The notes below the pieces were generated by a model, which saw only the letters and a program-made list of their open reading frames with translations, was not told the DNA's origin and searched no databases. A stretch of 55,105 nt of DNA from Methanobacteriota archaeon (lineage in GTDB: Archaea; Thermoplasmatota; Poseidoniia; Poseidoniales; Poseidoniaceae): the NCBI GenBank assembly GCA_011524855.1, contig WTJK01000062.1, positions 10,983 through 66,087 on the forward strand. The letters are read 5' to 3'. Positions within the stretch are counted from its first letter, which is position 1; every line of letters begins with the position of its first letter. Positions 1 through 9,128 of the stretch are shown here, one piece after another. Made by a program: the position numbers and the translations under genes.

Positions 1-1857
1 GACGGGCACTTGCTCCTCGACCAAACCACGTTGAGGAATTTAGAACTCACCACCACACTGGCCGGCGAATACGACGGCAGCTTGTTGTCGACCCTCAACC
101 GATGCCGTACGGCCATGGGCCGTCGACTGCTGAAGTCGTGGTTGCTGCAACCGCTGACGGACCTGGACGCCATTCAAGCGCGTCATGCCGCCGTCGGTTC
201 GCTCTCACGGTCTGCAAAACGGTTGGACGGTCTTCGAGCCACCCTCAACGGGGTGAGGGACATGGAACGCTTGGCCACGCTGCTGACCTATGGCCGAAGC
301 AACGCCAGGGACTTGCTCGCCACGGGTCTTGCGCTTGAACGAATGCCGGCGCTTGAACGATGGTGCATCGATGCCGATGACGCACTGCTCCACCTGCTCC
401 AGGACGGACTTACGCAACTTGACGAGACCGCCAAACTGATTCAAGCCACGCTCAATGAATCACCTCCGTTGGGACTGCGCGACGGTGGCTTGTTGAAGGA
501 CGGCGTTGATGAGGAGGTGGACCGCTTGCGATCCCTTACCGCCGAAGGAAAGGGTTGGTTCAGCAACTTGGAGGCCTCACTCAGGAGTGAACTGAACATC
601 CCCTCGCTCAAGGTCCGCATGAATCGCCAAATCGGCTGGTTCATCGAAGTGACCAAAACGAACGAGCATCGTGTGCCCGACGGGTGGCGACGTAAGCAAC
701 AAATGACCAACGGTTCAAGGTACGTCACGGACGAATTGGTCAAGCGCGACGATGAACTGTTGGGAGCCGATGCCAAACTGAAGGAACTGGAATACCGTAA
801 GTTCCTCGAGCTGAGGAACTACTGTGCCCAACAAGCACACACGCTCGCAGACATCGCTCGTCGGGTGGCCTCCATCGACGTGTTGCAGTGCTTCGCCACG
901 GTGGCCCGTGAGCGTGGTTGGACCAAACCGGAATTGACCGATCGCCCAACGATGTCCGTCCAAGGCGCTCGCCATCCCGTGCTGGAAACGATGGCTGGGT
1001 TTGTCCCCAACAACCTTGACATGCGGTCCAAACGCTCCTTTTTGCTCATCACGGGACCGAACATGGGCGGCAAGTCCACTTACCTGAGGACGGCTGCTTT
1101 GGTCACCGTGCTTGCGCAAGCAGGTGCTTACGTACCTGCCACCAAGGCCAAAATCGGTTTGGTTGATCGGATTTTTACCCGGGTGGGCGCCAGCGACGAC
1201 CTGCGTCGAGGACGCTCAACCTTCATGATGGAAATGATCGAGGTGGCCCATATTCTCAAACGGGCAACGCCCCGGTCGCTCATTCTACTGGACGAAATCG
1301 GACGGGGCACCTCAACCTTCGACGGCCTGTCCATTGCTTGGGCGGTGACGGAAGATGTGTGTCAGCGACTGGCAGCAAGGACGTTGTTCGCCACGCACTA
1401 CCACCAACTGGTGGGGCTCGAGGACCAGCTTCCTGAACTCGTCAACGTGCACGTTGAGGTGGCGCAGGTGGATGGCCAACTGCGCTTCCTCCACACCGTG
1501 GCAGAAGGTCCGTGCGATGATTCGTACGGTGTCCAAGTCGCTGCACTTGCGGGCTTGCCTCGCCATGTCGTCGAACGCGCGACCGACCTGTTGGCCTTCC
1601 TCGAAGCACAAGCGCAAGGCGCCAAAGCGGGTGAGGACGGTGCACCGACAGCACGGGACAAAGGCCAAGCCAGCCTGATGGGTTACTTCGCAGCGGCTGC
1701 TATGGGCGCTGCCCCAACGGCGGTTCCTGCCTCACTCTCAGAAAACGACGCACGAACCTTGGAGCGCTTGAAGGCGCTCAACCTCGACGACTTGAGCCCG
1801 AGGGATGCGTTGCAAACACTCTATGAGTTGAAAGCCGAAATGGAGGGCCCTGAATGA
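1..1857 (+). CDS. mutS: DNA mismatch repair protein MutS (5'-truncated by window edge)
   Basis: Frame open from base 1; LDQTTLRNLEL, T.MGRRLL, Walker A TGPNMGGKSTYLR, STFMMEM, Walker B LILLDEIGRGTSTFDG, ATHYH, SYG.QVA.LAGLP. Confidence 0.97.
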   Translation, partial: DGHLLLDQTTLRNLELTTTLAGEYDGSLLSTLNRCRTAMGRRLLKSWLLQPLTDLDAIQARHAAVGSLSRSAKRLDGLRATLNGVRDMERLATLLTYGRSNARDLLATGLALERMPALERWCIDADDALLHLLQDGLTQLDETAKLIQATLNESPPLGLRDGGLLKDGVDEEVDRLRSLTAEGKGWFSNLEASLRSELNIPSLKVRMNRQIGWFIEVTKTNEHRVPDGWRRKQQMTNGSRYVTDELVKRDDELLGADAKLKELEYRKFLELRNYCAQQAHTLADIARRVASIDVLQCFATVARERGWTKPELTDRPTMSVQGARHPVLETMAGFVPNNLDMRSKRSFLLITGPNMGGKSTYLRTAALVTVLAQAGAYVPATKAKIGLVDRIFTRVGASDDLRRGRSTFMMEMIEVAHILKRATPRSLILLDEIGRGTSTFDGLSIAWAVTEDVCQRLAARTLFATHYHQLVGLEDQLPELVNVHVEVAQVDGQLRFLHTVAEGPCDDSYGVQVAALAGLPRHVVERATDLLAFLEAQAQGAKAGEDGAPTARDKGQASLMGYFAAAAMGAAPTAVPASLSENDARTLERLKALNLDDLSPRDALQTLYELKAEMEGPE

Positions 1858-3848
1858 ACCCCAACCGGATTCAACAACTCGATGAGGAAACCATCGGGCA
1901 CATCGCCGCAGGTGAAGTGGTTGAGCGCCCGGCTCAGGTGGTCAAGGAACTGATCGAGAACAGCCTTGATGCCGGTGCAACTCACATCACCGTCCACCTT
2001 GAACGCGGTGGGTTCGAACGGCTCCAGGTGGACGACAACGGTTCGGGGATTCATCGTGACGACCTGTCCCTTGCGCTCGACCGGCACGCCACTTCGAAAT
2101 TGAAACACCGGGATGACCTTGCTGCCATCAACTCCCTTGGTTTCCGGGGCGAAGCGCTGGCAAGCATCGGGATGGTGTCCACCCTGGAAATCGCCAGCCG
2201 CCCCCGCGGTGAGGACGGAGCTGCCGTTCGCATGGTACAGGGAACGAAGTCAAAGGTCGAACCCATGGGGATGCAGCACGGCACTCGGATCACGGTTGAT
2301 CGATTGTTCGAAAACACACCCGCTCGCTTGGCCTTTCAGCGGCGGCCTGAAACAGAAACGGCGCGGGTGGTTGACGTGGTGGTGAGCCATGCGCTTGCCC
2401 ATCCTGAAGCAGCGTTCACCCTCAAGACCTCCCAAAGGGTGTTGCTCAACGTCCCTCTCGCTCATGACCCGATGGACCGACTCTATGACGTGCTGGGGGC
2501 ACAAGCCAGCGAACTGTTGCCGTTGAGCGCGCCGCCTCAGGACAGCGATGCCCCCGGTTCGGAGCGATGGTCCGGTCACATCAGCACACCGGACATCACC
2601 CGGGGAAAGGGCTCGGACATCCACGTGCTGATCAACGGCCGACCGGTCGCCTCCGGACCGTTTCACCAAGCGATTCGTCGAGGTTACAAAACACGGTTGA
2701 TGCAAGGACGTCACCCTGTTGCCGTCCTTCACCTCACCTGCCCCCCCGAAGATGTTGATGTCAACGTGCATCCCACCAAAAGCGAGGTGCGGCTTCGACA
2801 CTCTTGGCGGGTTCTGGAGCGGCTTGAGCGGTCCATCGCTCACTCGCTTGAAACGGTCCCGACCGAACCAGAAGCCGGTGGGGCACTGCCCGAATTGCGG
2901 GGTCTTGACGACCACCAGTCCAGTAAATCAGTACATGCTCACTTTGAGCCCTCAACAACATTGGCATCCGCCTCTGGCTTGAAGGAGCGACCCTCAACGT
3001 TGGGTCGCAACACAACACCGCCGCCGGCTTGGGCCGTGGCAGCGAGTGAACAACTGAACCTTGCAGGTCAAGCCGCCACTGCCCCAGAGCAACCCGACAA
3101 AGCACGACCAACGTCAGCTTCTCCACTCGGACAAACCGTGCTACCGACGGGCGTGGACAAACCCATGGCGGCTGCGCTTTCCTCGGCCGAGCGTGACCTG
3201 CACCGCCATGCCGGCACCGTGAGCAGCACCTCTCCGTCCTCTGAGCCACCCCTCGAGGGGGTGCTCAACGACTTGCCTCCTATGGAGCCGTTGGCCCAAT
3301 TTGCCGACTCCTACATCTTGGTCCAAGCCGAGGACGAACTGCTGCTGATCGACCAGCATGCCCTCCACGAGCGGATTCGATACGAGCGATTGAGGCATGC
3401 CGGTCAGGCATGGGAACCGCAAGCTCGACTTGAATCGCTTCATCTGGAATTGGATGCACGTCAAGACGCTGTTTTGGAAGCACAACACCAACGCCTTTGG
3501 GACCTTGGGTTCCACACCGAACGCCAAAACGGGGCGTGGCACCTCCTTGCATCACCACGTTTGTTGAAACCCGAGGCCATGCGCCCGTTTTTCTTGGATG
3601 TCCTCCAGGACGTGGCGGAAGACGGTGGCCCCATCGAGACGGTGGAGGACAAAATGGATCACATCGCGTTCATGACCGCTTGCCGAGGCGCAGTGAAAGC
3701 CAACGAGCGGCTCACCCTCCCCGAAATGCGACGATTGATTGACGACATGCGTCGCATCCCCAACCCCTGGGCGTGCGTCCACGGTCGGCCAACAGCACTT
3801 CGAATCCAAGTGGATGACCTGGACCACCATTTTGGACGACACGGCTGA
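1854..3848 (+). CDS. mutL: DNA mismatch repair endonuclease MutL
   Basis: IAAGEVVERPAQVVKELIENSLDAGA, GFRGEALASI, DVNVHPTK.EV; C-terminal endonuclease motifs DQHALHERIRYE, ACR, CVHGRP; ATGA overlap with mutS. Confidence 0.97.
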   Translation: MNPNRIQQLDEETIGHIAAGEVVERPAQVVKELIENSLDAGATHITVHLERGGFERLQVDDNGSGIHRDDLSLALDRHATSKLKHRDDLAAINSLGFRGEALASIGMVSTLEIASRPRGEDGAAVRMVQGTKSKVEPMGMQHGTRITVDRLFENTPARLAFQRRPETETARVVDVVVSHALAHPEAAFTLKTSQRVLLNVPLAHDPMDRLYDVLGAQASELLPLSAPPQDSDAPGSERWSGHISTPDITRGKGSDIHVLINGRPVASGPFHQAIRRGYKTRLMQGRHPVAVLHLTCPPEDVDVNVHPTKSEVRLRHSWRVLERLERSIAHSLETVPTEPEAGGALPELRGLDDHQSSKSVHAHFEPSTTLASASGLKERPSTLGRNTTPPPAWAVAASEQLNLAGQAATAPEQPDKARPTSASPLGQTVLPTGVDKPMAAALSSAERDLHRHAGTVSSTSPSSEPPLEGVLNDLPPMEPLAQFADSYILVQAEDELLLIDQHALHERIRYERLRHAGQAWEPQARLESLHLELDARQDAVLEAQHQRLWDLGFHTERQNGAWHLLASPRLLKPEAMRPFFLDVLQDVAEDGGPIETVEDKMDHIAFMTACRGAVKANERLTLPEMRRLIDDMRRIPNPWACVHGRPTALRIQVDDLDHHFGRHG

Positions 3849-3849
3849 G

Positions 3850-5277
3850 TTACCAAGGCTGGTGAAGCACCGTTTCCACACGGGCGCCCACCTCTTGCCA
3901 CCGCTCAACAGCGTTGGGATCGGCAACGGAATACAACGCATCTCCAAGGAGAAGCACCTCCTGACGCAACCCCATGCTCAGTACCAACGCAGTCATGTGC
4001 ATGCGATGATCACCCCACGTTTGGACCGGTTCTGTAGGCTGCTGGAGGGTCTGACCGCCCTCGATGCGTACCCCGTCCGGGGTCACCTCACCCACCAAAC
4101 CGAACTGGGCCAACAAATCCACCGTCCGGTTGAGACGGTTGCTTTCCTTGTGCGCTGCATGGGCGGCACCCCGCACAACGCCCCCACCCGAAAGCGCAAG
4201 CAGCGCACAGAGCGGTGTGATGAGGTCGTTGCCATCCCTCAGATTCACATCGCAAGGTGTCACGTGGTCGGGGGACCAACGCCATGACCCTTCGGATACC
4301 GACAACCCCAGCGAAGGAGCAAGGTCGAGGAGCAGTTCATGGCCGAGCGAATCGTCCTGTGAAGGGGGATTCAGCAGATGGACCCTTGCACCCGTTGAGG
4401 CTGCCGCCAGGAGCGGGAAGGCCATCATCGAAGCATCGGACACCACGTCGACTTCCAGCGCACGTGGTTCAGGGGCCCACGGATGAATCGAATAGGACCG
4501 TTCATCTTGCTCCACTTCTGCTCCAAACCAGCCACAGAGGTCCGCTGTAAGGGCTGCGTGACGGGTCGACACCGCTTCACCTTCAAGCTGGATGGAGAAG
4601 GGAACGGTGCGTCCAGCGCTGGCGATCAACAGCGATGTGATCGGTTGACTCGATGCCGTGGCATCCAGGGCGACCGATTCTGCTTCGAACGGGCCTTGAA
4701 TCAGGACCGGGAGGTGTTCGGGTCCAATGCCGTGGGAGACGGTCACGCCGGCTTGTTCCAGGGCGTTCAACATGACCTTGAATGAACGACGGCGAAGATT
4801 GGCATCACCGTCAACCATCACCGGGACATCCCATCTGCTCGCCAGGCCCATCAGAACACGAAGCGTGGTCCCCGAGTTGCCAGCATGGAGCACCGTCCCC
4901 GGTGGTCGCCATTCCTCTGGCTTTCGCCCGTGAACCTTCCAAGAGACGGCACGGTGGTCCGGAATGAAATCGGCATTTTCGGCAGACGGAAGGGCCCGTC
5001 CCTCAGCATCGAGGTCGGTGAATTGGATGCCGCATTGCATCAAACATCGGCGCATGGCAAGAACATCTTCACCTGCGGTGCTCATGCCATGCAGGACCAT
5101 GTCAACATCGGTCTGAGCGGCAAGTGCCACCCAGCGAATGGCATGGCTTTTGGACACGGGCAACGTCCACTCCATCTGATTCAGTTCAGCAGGTGGATGG
5201 ATCTTTATGGCAGGCACGAGGCTTCCCGGTTGGCCAGCGGGCGCCGGGTCCCAGCGTTCCACCCACTTGCGGGCCAT
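3850..5277 (-). CDS. aroA: 3-phosphoshikimate 1-carboxyvinyltransferase (EPSP synthase), divergent
   Basis: PVSKSHAIR, GNSGTTLR, SSQ, KESNR, GDHRM motifs. Start moved to ATG 5277 because the longer ORF extension is antisense to moaA. Confidence 0.85.
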   Translation of the reverse strand: MARKWVERWDPAPAGQPGSLVPAIKIHPPAELNQMEWTLPVSKSHAIRWVALAAQTDVDMVLHGMSTAGEDVLAMRRCLMQCGIQFTDLDAEGRALPSAENADFIPDHRAVSWKVHGRKPEEWRPPGTVLHAGNSGTTLRVLMGLASRWDVPVMVDGDANLRRRSFKVMLNALEQAGVTVSHGIGPEHLPVLIQGPFEAESVALDATASSQPITSLLIASAGRTVPFSIQLEGEAVSTRHAALTADLCGWFGAEVEQDERSYSIHPWAPEPRALEVDVVSDASMMAFPLLAAASTGARVHLLNPPSQDDSLGHELLLDLAPSLGLSVSEGSWRWSPDHVTPCDVNLRDGNDLITPLCALLALSGGGVVRGAAHAAHKESNRLNRTVDLLAQFGLVGEVTPDGVRIEGGQTLQQPTEPVQTWGDHRMHMTALVLSMGLRQEVLLLGDALYSVADPNAVERWQEVGARVETVLHQPW

Positions 5278-5337
5278 GATTCGAAAGGCATGCTGCTTCC
5301 TAAGAACCCTTACAATGGGCCGTTGGCAGGAATCCAT

Positions 5338-6354
5338 GTGCAACGGTTGCCCGTGGTGGATGTGTTGGAGCGCCCCGTGCGTGACCTTCGAATCTCCGTG
5401 ACCGACCGGTGCAATTTCAGATGCCGATATTGCATGCCGAGGGAGCATTTTGGCCAAGATCACGTGTTCCTTGACCGACAACACCTCTTGACGTTTGAAG
5501 AAATCCTTGTGGTGGTCAAGGCTGCCATGGGTGCGGGTGTGACGAAAGTGCGCATCACGGGAGGGGAGCCTCTTCTGCGGCGCGACATCACGACCTTGAT
5601 CAGCATGATTCGAGAAGAAGGACCTGATTTGGACATCGCCCTGACAACGAACGGCGCGTTGCTGGCTCAACACGCGCAATCGTTGAAAGCAGCAGGATTG
5701 AACCGAGTGACCGTCAGTTTGGATGCGGTCAACCTCCAAGTGTTCCAAGCCATGGCTGACACGGACCGGTTCACCCCCACCGACGTGCTCAATGGCATCG
5801 CAGAGGCGAGGCAGGCGGGTTTGGGCGTCAAGGTCAACGCCGTGGTCAAGCGGGGCGTGAACGACAACGAAGTGCTCCCGTTGGCCAAGGCTCTGGAACA
5901 ACACCGAGTTCCGCTTCGATTCATTGAATTCATGGACGTCGGTAGCACCAACGCTTGGTCCATGAAGGAGGTGGTGAGCGGCGCCGAACTCCGACAGGTG
6001 CTCTCAAACGCCTACGGACCGCTTGAAGCCCTCCCCGCAAAACAGGCTGGCGAGGTGTCCAAACGGTACGTGACAGCCGGCGGGAGGGAATTCGGATTCA
6101 TTGAATCCGTGACCGCCCCCTTCTGCGGAGGCTGCACACGGCTTCGCCTCTCCGCCGACGGCGCCCTGTTCACCTGTTTGTTCGCCTCAAAGGGCCACGA
6201 CCTGAAGGCCATGCTTCGATGGGGAGCGGACGTCACCGCCATCCGCGAAGCGATGACGGGCGTATGGCAACAACGCAGGGACCGTTACTCGATGGATCGG
6301 ACAGAAGAAACGGCGACCGAACCAAAGGTCGAGATGTCCTACATCGGTGGATAA
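5338..6354 (+). CDS. moaA: GTP 3',8-cyclase (molybdenum cofactor biosynthesis protein A), radical SAM
   Basis: LRISVTDRCNFRCRYCMP (CxxxCxxC), TGGEPLLR, RFIEFM, FCGGCTRLRLSADG.L..CLF, C-terminal MSYIGG. Start is GTG 5338 or ATG 5290 (uncertain). Confidence 0.95.
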   Translation: MQRLPVVDVLERPVRDLRISVTDRCNFRCRYCMPREHFGQDHVFLDRQHLLTFEEILVVVKAAMGAGVTKVRITGGEPLLRRDITTLISMIREEGPDLDIALTTNGALLAQHAQSLKAAGLNRVTVSLDAVNLQVFQAMADTDRFTPTDVLNGIAEARQAGLGVKVNAVVKRGVNDNEVLPLAKALEQHRVPLRFIEFMDVGSTNAWSMKEVVSGAELRQVLSNAYGPLEALPAKQAGEVSKRYVTAGGREFGFIESVTAPFCGGCTRLRLSADGALFTCLFASKGHDLKAMLRWGADVTAIREAMTGVWQQRRDRYSMDRTEETATEPKVEMSYIGG

Positions 6355-6846
6355 TCACGACATCGGGGGCAAGCGAACGTCGACGAGCAAGACGTTGGCA
6401 GTCTCCTCAACAAGCCTGAAACTCCAGGTGCCATCGTCCGCTCCAAGCGTTCGTGAATCGACCACAAAATAGTCACCCTGGGTGACCGAATAACCTGCGT
6501 CACGGTCGTGGAAGGAAACGTTGGCCCCGATGACGCCGTACACATCAGCATCGTTCACGTGACCACGGATGGGGTTGTCAGCACTCAAGTTACCGGGAAG
6601 AAGATCGAATTGAAGCCGAGCAGGATCGATGGACTGGTCCAAGCTGGTGATGCGAATCACGTGGAACCCGTTGTCGAGGGCTCGAACGCTGACCGTGGCT
6701 TGTGGTGGTGCTTTTTCGACGGTGGTCAACGAGCCTTGAATCAGCACAAACACCATGCTGGAGAGCATCACGGTGATGGCGAGCAGCAGCACCGTAGCAA
6801 TCACGGGGCTCACGGCCTCGTCATCGCCCTTCAGGTGTGCTCCCAT
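6355..6846 (-). CDS. Archaeal type IV pilin-like protein (class III signal peptide, Pilin_N/DUF1628-like)
   Basis: DDEA/VSPVIATVLLLAITVMLSSMVFV is a class III signal peptide plus hydrophobic helix; start ATG 6846 is preceded by TTCAAG at about -24 to -29. Confidence 0.85.
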   Translation of the reverse strand: MGAHLKGDDEAVSPVIATVLLLAITVMLSSMVFVLIQGSLTTVEKAPPQATVSVRALDNGFHVIRITSLDQSIDPARLQFDLLPGNLSADNPIRGHVNDADVYGVIGANVSFHDRDAGYSVTQGDYFVVDSRTLGADDGTWSFRLVEETANVLLVDVRLPPMS

Positions 6847-6909
6847 GGGACGGGGTGGGGCTTGAATCACTTGAACACACCGCTGAAACCCGAGGGAAAG
6901 AGATGAAGT

Positions 6910-8055
6910 TCACAGAATCCAGACGGGCCGGTCGCATTCCATCGCCCGCTTGATGCCACCGATGGGCCCCAGAATCCTCAGCAGCACCTCTGTGATGGCA
7001 TCGTTGCGGAAAAAGGCGTACCCCATGTTCTTGGTGCGTAGAGAGTTCTTGAGTGCCTTGCCCATCGAGGCCCTCACCCTCGTTTCGTAGGTTGCCAACG
7101 GCGTCCCTGACTCCAGGTGAGCCACGATCGCCTCGGCAGCAAAACAACCCGAAATGATGGCTTGGCTGATGCCGCCACCGTTGCTGGGCATCACCAAACC
7201 CGCTGCGTCCCCCACGGCAAGGGTTGTACCGTCCACCATGCGTTTGACGGGCCCACCCATGGGAATCCAACCGCCGCCGTACGAGAGAATCTCAAGTCCC
7301 AAATCATCGCAAAACCGCTTCAGGTGCTCCTTGATGTTGCCTTCGAGTTTCCCAGCACGAACCCCCAGCCCTACGTTGGCTGTGTCGGGGCCTTTGGGGA
7401 TGATCCACGCATACCCGGACGGTGCCACCGACCCGAGAAAGACATCGAAGGTTTCCGGCACCTTGCCCCGCACCTGAGCGTACATCGTCGGCACTTGGTC
7501 GTCGGGCCGTACAGCAGGGTCCTGTCCATGTCGCAAGCGGGCGATGTGCGCAAGGCTTCCGGAGGCGTCGATCAAAAAGTCACAGGAGAAGCGACCGTTC
7601 GTCGTGACGAGCACGTCACGACCGGCTTTGCTTTGGTGTTGTATTCGTTTCAACGCCGTGTTCACGCGCAGTTCGGCACCGGCTTGCACGGCTTTGTCAG
7701 CCAGGTATCCATCGAATTGCAAACGGTGACCAGCGAAGGCGTCGAGTTCAAAATCAAAGGATTTGCCTGATGGAAGGAACACGCGCATGTTGTCGAGACG
7801 GTGCAGTTGCAGTCGTTTTGGAAATTCGAAATATTGTTTCAACCACGCATGGTCGTCCAGGTGTTTGAACGTGCCCACCACCTCACCCCAATGAGGAATG
7901 CATTCGCCGCATTGTGCTGGGTTCCCAACCACCGTGCGCCGCTCCAGCATCAGCACGTCCAAACCCGACTCTGCCAGCCGTTGCGCACATGCACTTCCGG
8001 CGGGTCCAGCACCCACCACAATGACTTGGCGATGCTCAACGGTTTTGACGACCAT
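6910..8055 (-). CDS. Geranylgeranyl reductase family flavoprotein (digeranylgeranylglycerophospholipid reductase-like)
   Basis: VVGAGPAGS, CGE, APSGYAWIIPKG...ANVGLG, VGDAAG.V.P.NGGGI; immediately downstream of a polyprenyl synthase. Confidence 0.9.
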   Translation of the reverse strand: MVVKTVEHRQVIVVGAGPAGSACAQRLAESGLDVLMLERRTVVGNPAQCGECIPHWGEVVGTFKHLDDHAWLKQYFEFPKRLQLHRLDNMRVFLPSGKSFDFELDAFAGHRLQFDGYLADKAVQAGAELRVNTALKRIQHQSKAGRDVLVTTNGRFSCDFLIDASGSLAHIARLRHGQDPAVRPDDQVPTMYAQVRGKVPETFDVFLGSVAPSGYAWIIPKGPDTANVGLGVRAGKLEGNIKEHLKRFCDDLGLEILSYGGGWIPMGGPVKRMVDGTTLAVGDAAGLVMPSNGGGISQAIISGCFAAEAIVAHLESGTPLATYETRVRASMGKALKNSLRTKNMGYAFFRNDAITEVLLRILGPIGGIKRAMECDRPVWIL

Positions 8056-8064
8056 GCCCTTCCC

Positions 8065-9048
8065 TCAGACGTGACGGTTCATCACGTACTCCGTGATGTG
8101 AAGCATCAATCGCTTGGCATCGCTTTCGGGGAACACCTCAAGCTCCGCTCGAGCGCGCTCGATGTGGGTCCGGACCAGCAATTCAGCGTACTCCATGCTG
8201 GTCGAGCGATCCAAGAGAGCCATCAATTCATCAAAATCATCGTCGCTGAAGTCCTCAATGAGTTCGGACAAGCGCTGACGGTGCGGGCCGTGGGATAGCG
8301 TGAGGGCGTGGATGAGCGGAAGGGTCATTTTTCCCTCGTGTACATCCGCACCTCGCGGTTTCCCCATTCGCTCGTCGCCGCGAAGGTCAAGCAGGTCATC
8401 GACCAATTGGAATGCAATTCCCAATTCCATCCCAAAGCGCTCAAGTCCCAGCGCTTGGGATTCGGATAAACCTGCAATCAGCCCTGCAGCCTGACAACCT
8501 GCAGCGAAGGGTCCCGCAGTTTTGCCCTTCACGATGCTGAAGTAATCTTCCGGCGTGGTGGCCAAATTCAACACATGGTCGAGTTGATGAAACTCCGACA
8601 CGGCGATGTTGGCACAGCAACGTGCGATGATGTCAACGATTTGCGCGCTGTACCGGCCGCCGAGACCGAATCCTTGGACAAACAGCCAATCGCCTGCAAT
8701 CACCGCTTTGGCTTGTCCGGAGGTGGCGTGAATGGTCGGGATTCCTCGACGTTGTTCCGCTTCATCGTTGATGTCATCGTGGACCAGCGTGGCGGTATGA
8801 ATCAACTCAAACGCCAACGCCAGTGGCATGGCATGCTCATCGTTGTCGCCTCCTGCCAACCGGTAAGCCAGCATGAAAAGGATGGGGCGGAGGCGTTTTC
8901 CGCCGGCGTTTAACATCCGACCGGCTTCGCGTGCCACCTCGCCAGCGCCCAGGTTCAGTTCGTCCTGAATCAGTGACTCAAGGGCTTTGTTCACATCCAG
9001 ACGCAAACGGTCGAGGGTTTCAGCGAACACCTCCACCTCGCTGTGCAT
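8065..9048 (-). CDS. Polyprenyl (probably geranylgeranyl) diphosphate synthase
   Basis: GGKRLRP, first Asp-rich motif LVHDDINDE...RRG, GKT, second Asp-rich motif FQLVDDLLD, GK.TLP. Confidence 0.93.
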   Translation of the reverse strand: MHSEVEVFAETLDRLRLDVNKALESLIQDELNLGAGEVAREAGRMLNAGGKRLRPILFMLAYRLAGGDNDEHAMPLALAFELIHTATLVHDDINDEAEQRRGIPTIHATSGQAKAVIAGDWLFVQGFGLGGRYSAQIVDIIARCCANIAVSEFHQLDHVLNLATTPEDYFSIVKGKTAGPFAAGCQAAGLIAGLSESQALGLERFGMELGIAFQLVDDLLDLRGDERMGKPRGADVHEGKMTLPLIHALTLSHGPHRQRLSELIEDFSDDDFDELMALLDRSTSMEYAELLVRTHIERARAELEVFPESDAKRLMLHITEYVMNRHV

Positions 9049-9099
9049 GCTCTTCCCACGGGGGTGGGCTTCTTAACCCGTCGTCACCGCCCTTGGTTT

Positions 9100-9116
9100 G
9101 TGAGGGGTCCCCTCAC
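9100..9116. promoter_or_regulatory. Perfect 8-1-8 inverted repeat GTGAGGGG-T-CCCCTCAC in a divergent promoter region
   Basis: Read directly from the sequence; lies 12 bp before the HemC-like start, between divergent genes. Function is inferred. Confidence 0.4.
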
Positions 9117-9128
9117 CGAGGTGTTTGG

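Noticed and set aside
4885-5904. Apparent long N-terminal extensions or overlap of aroA (684 aa) and moaA (489 aa)
   Set aside because: Each extension is the antisense of the other gene; real starts near 5277 and 5338 leave a normal divergent promoter.
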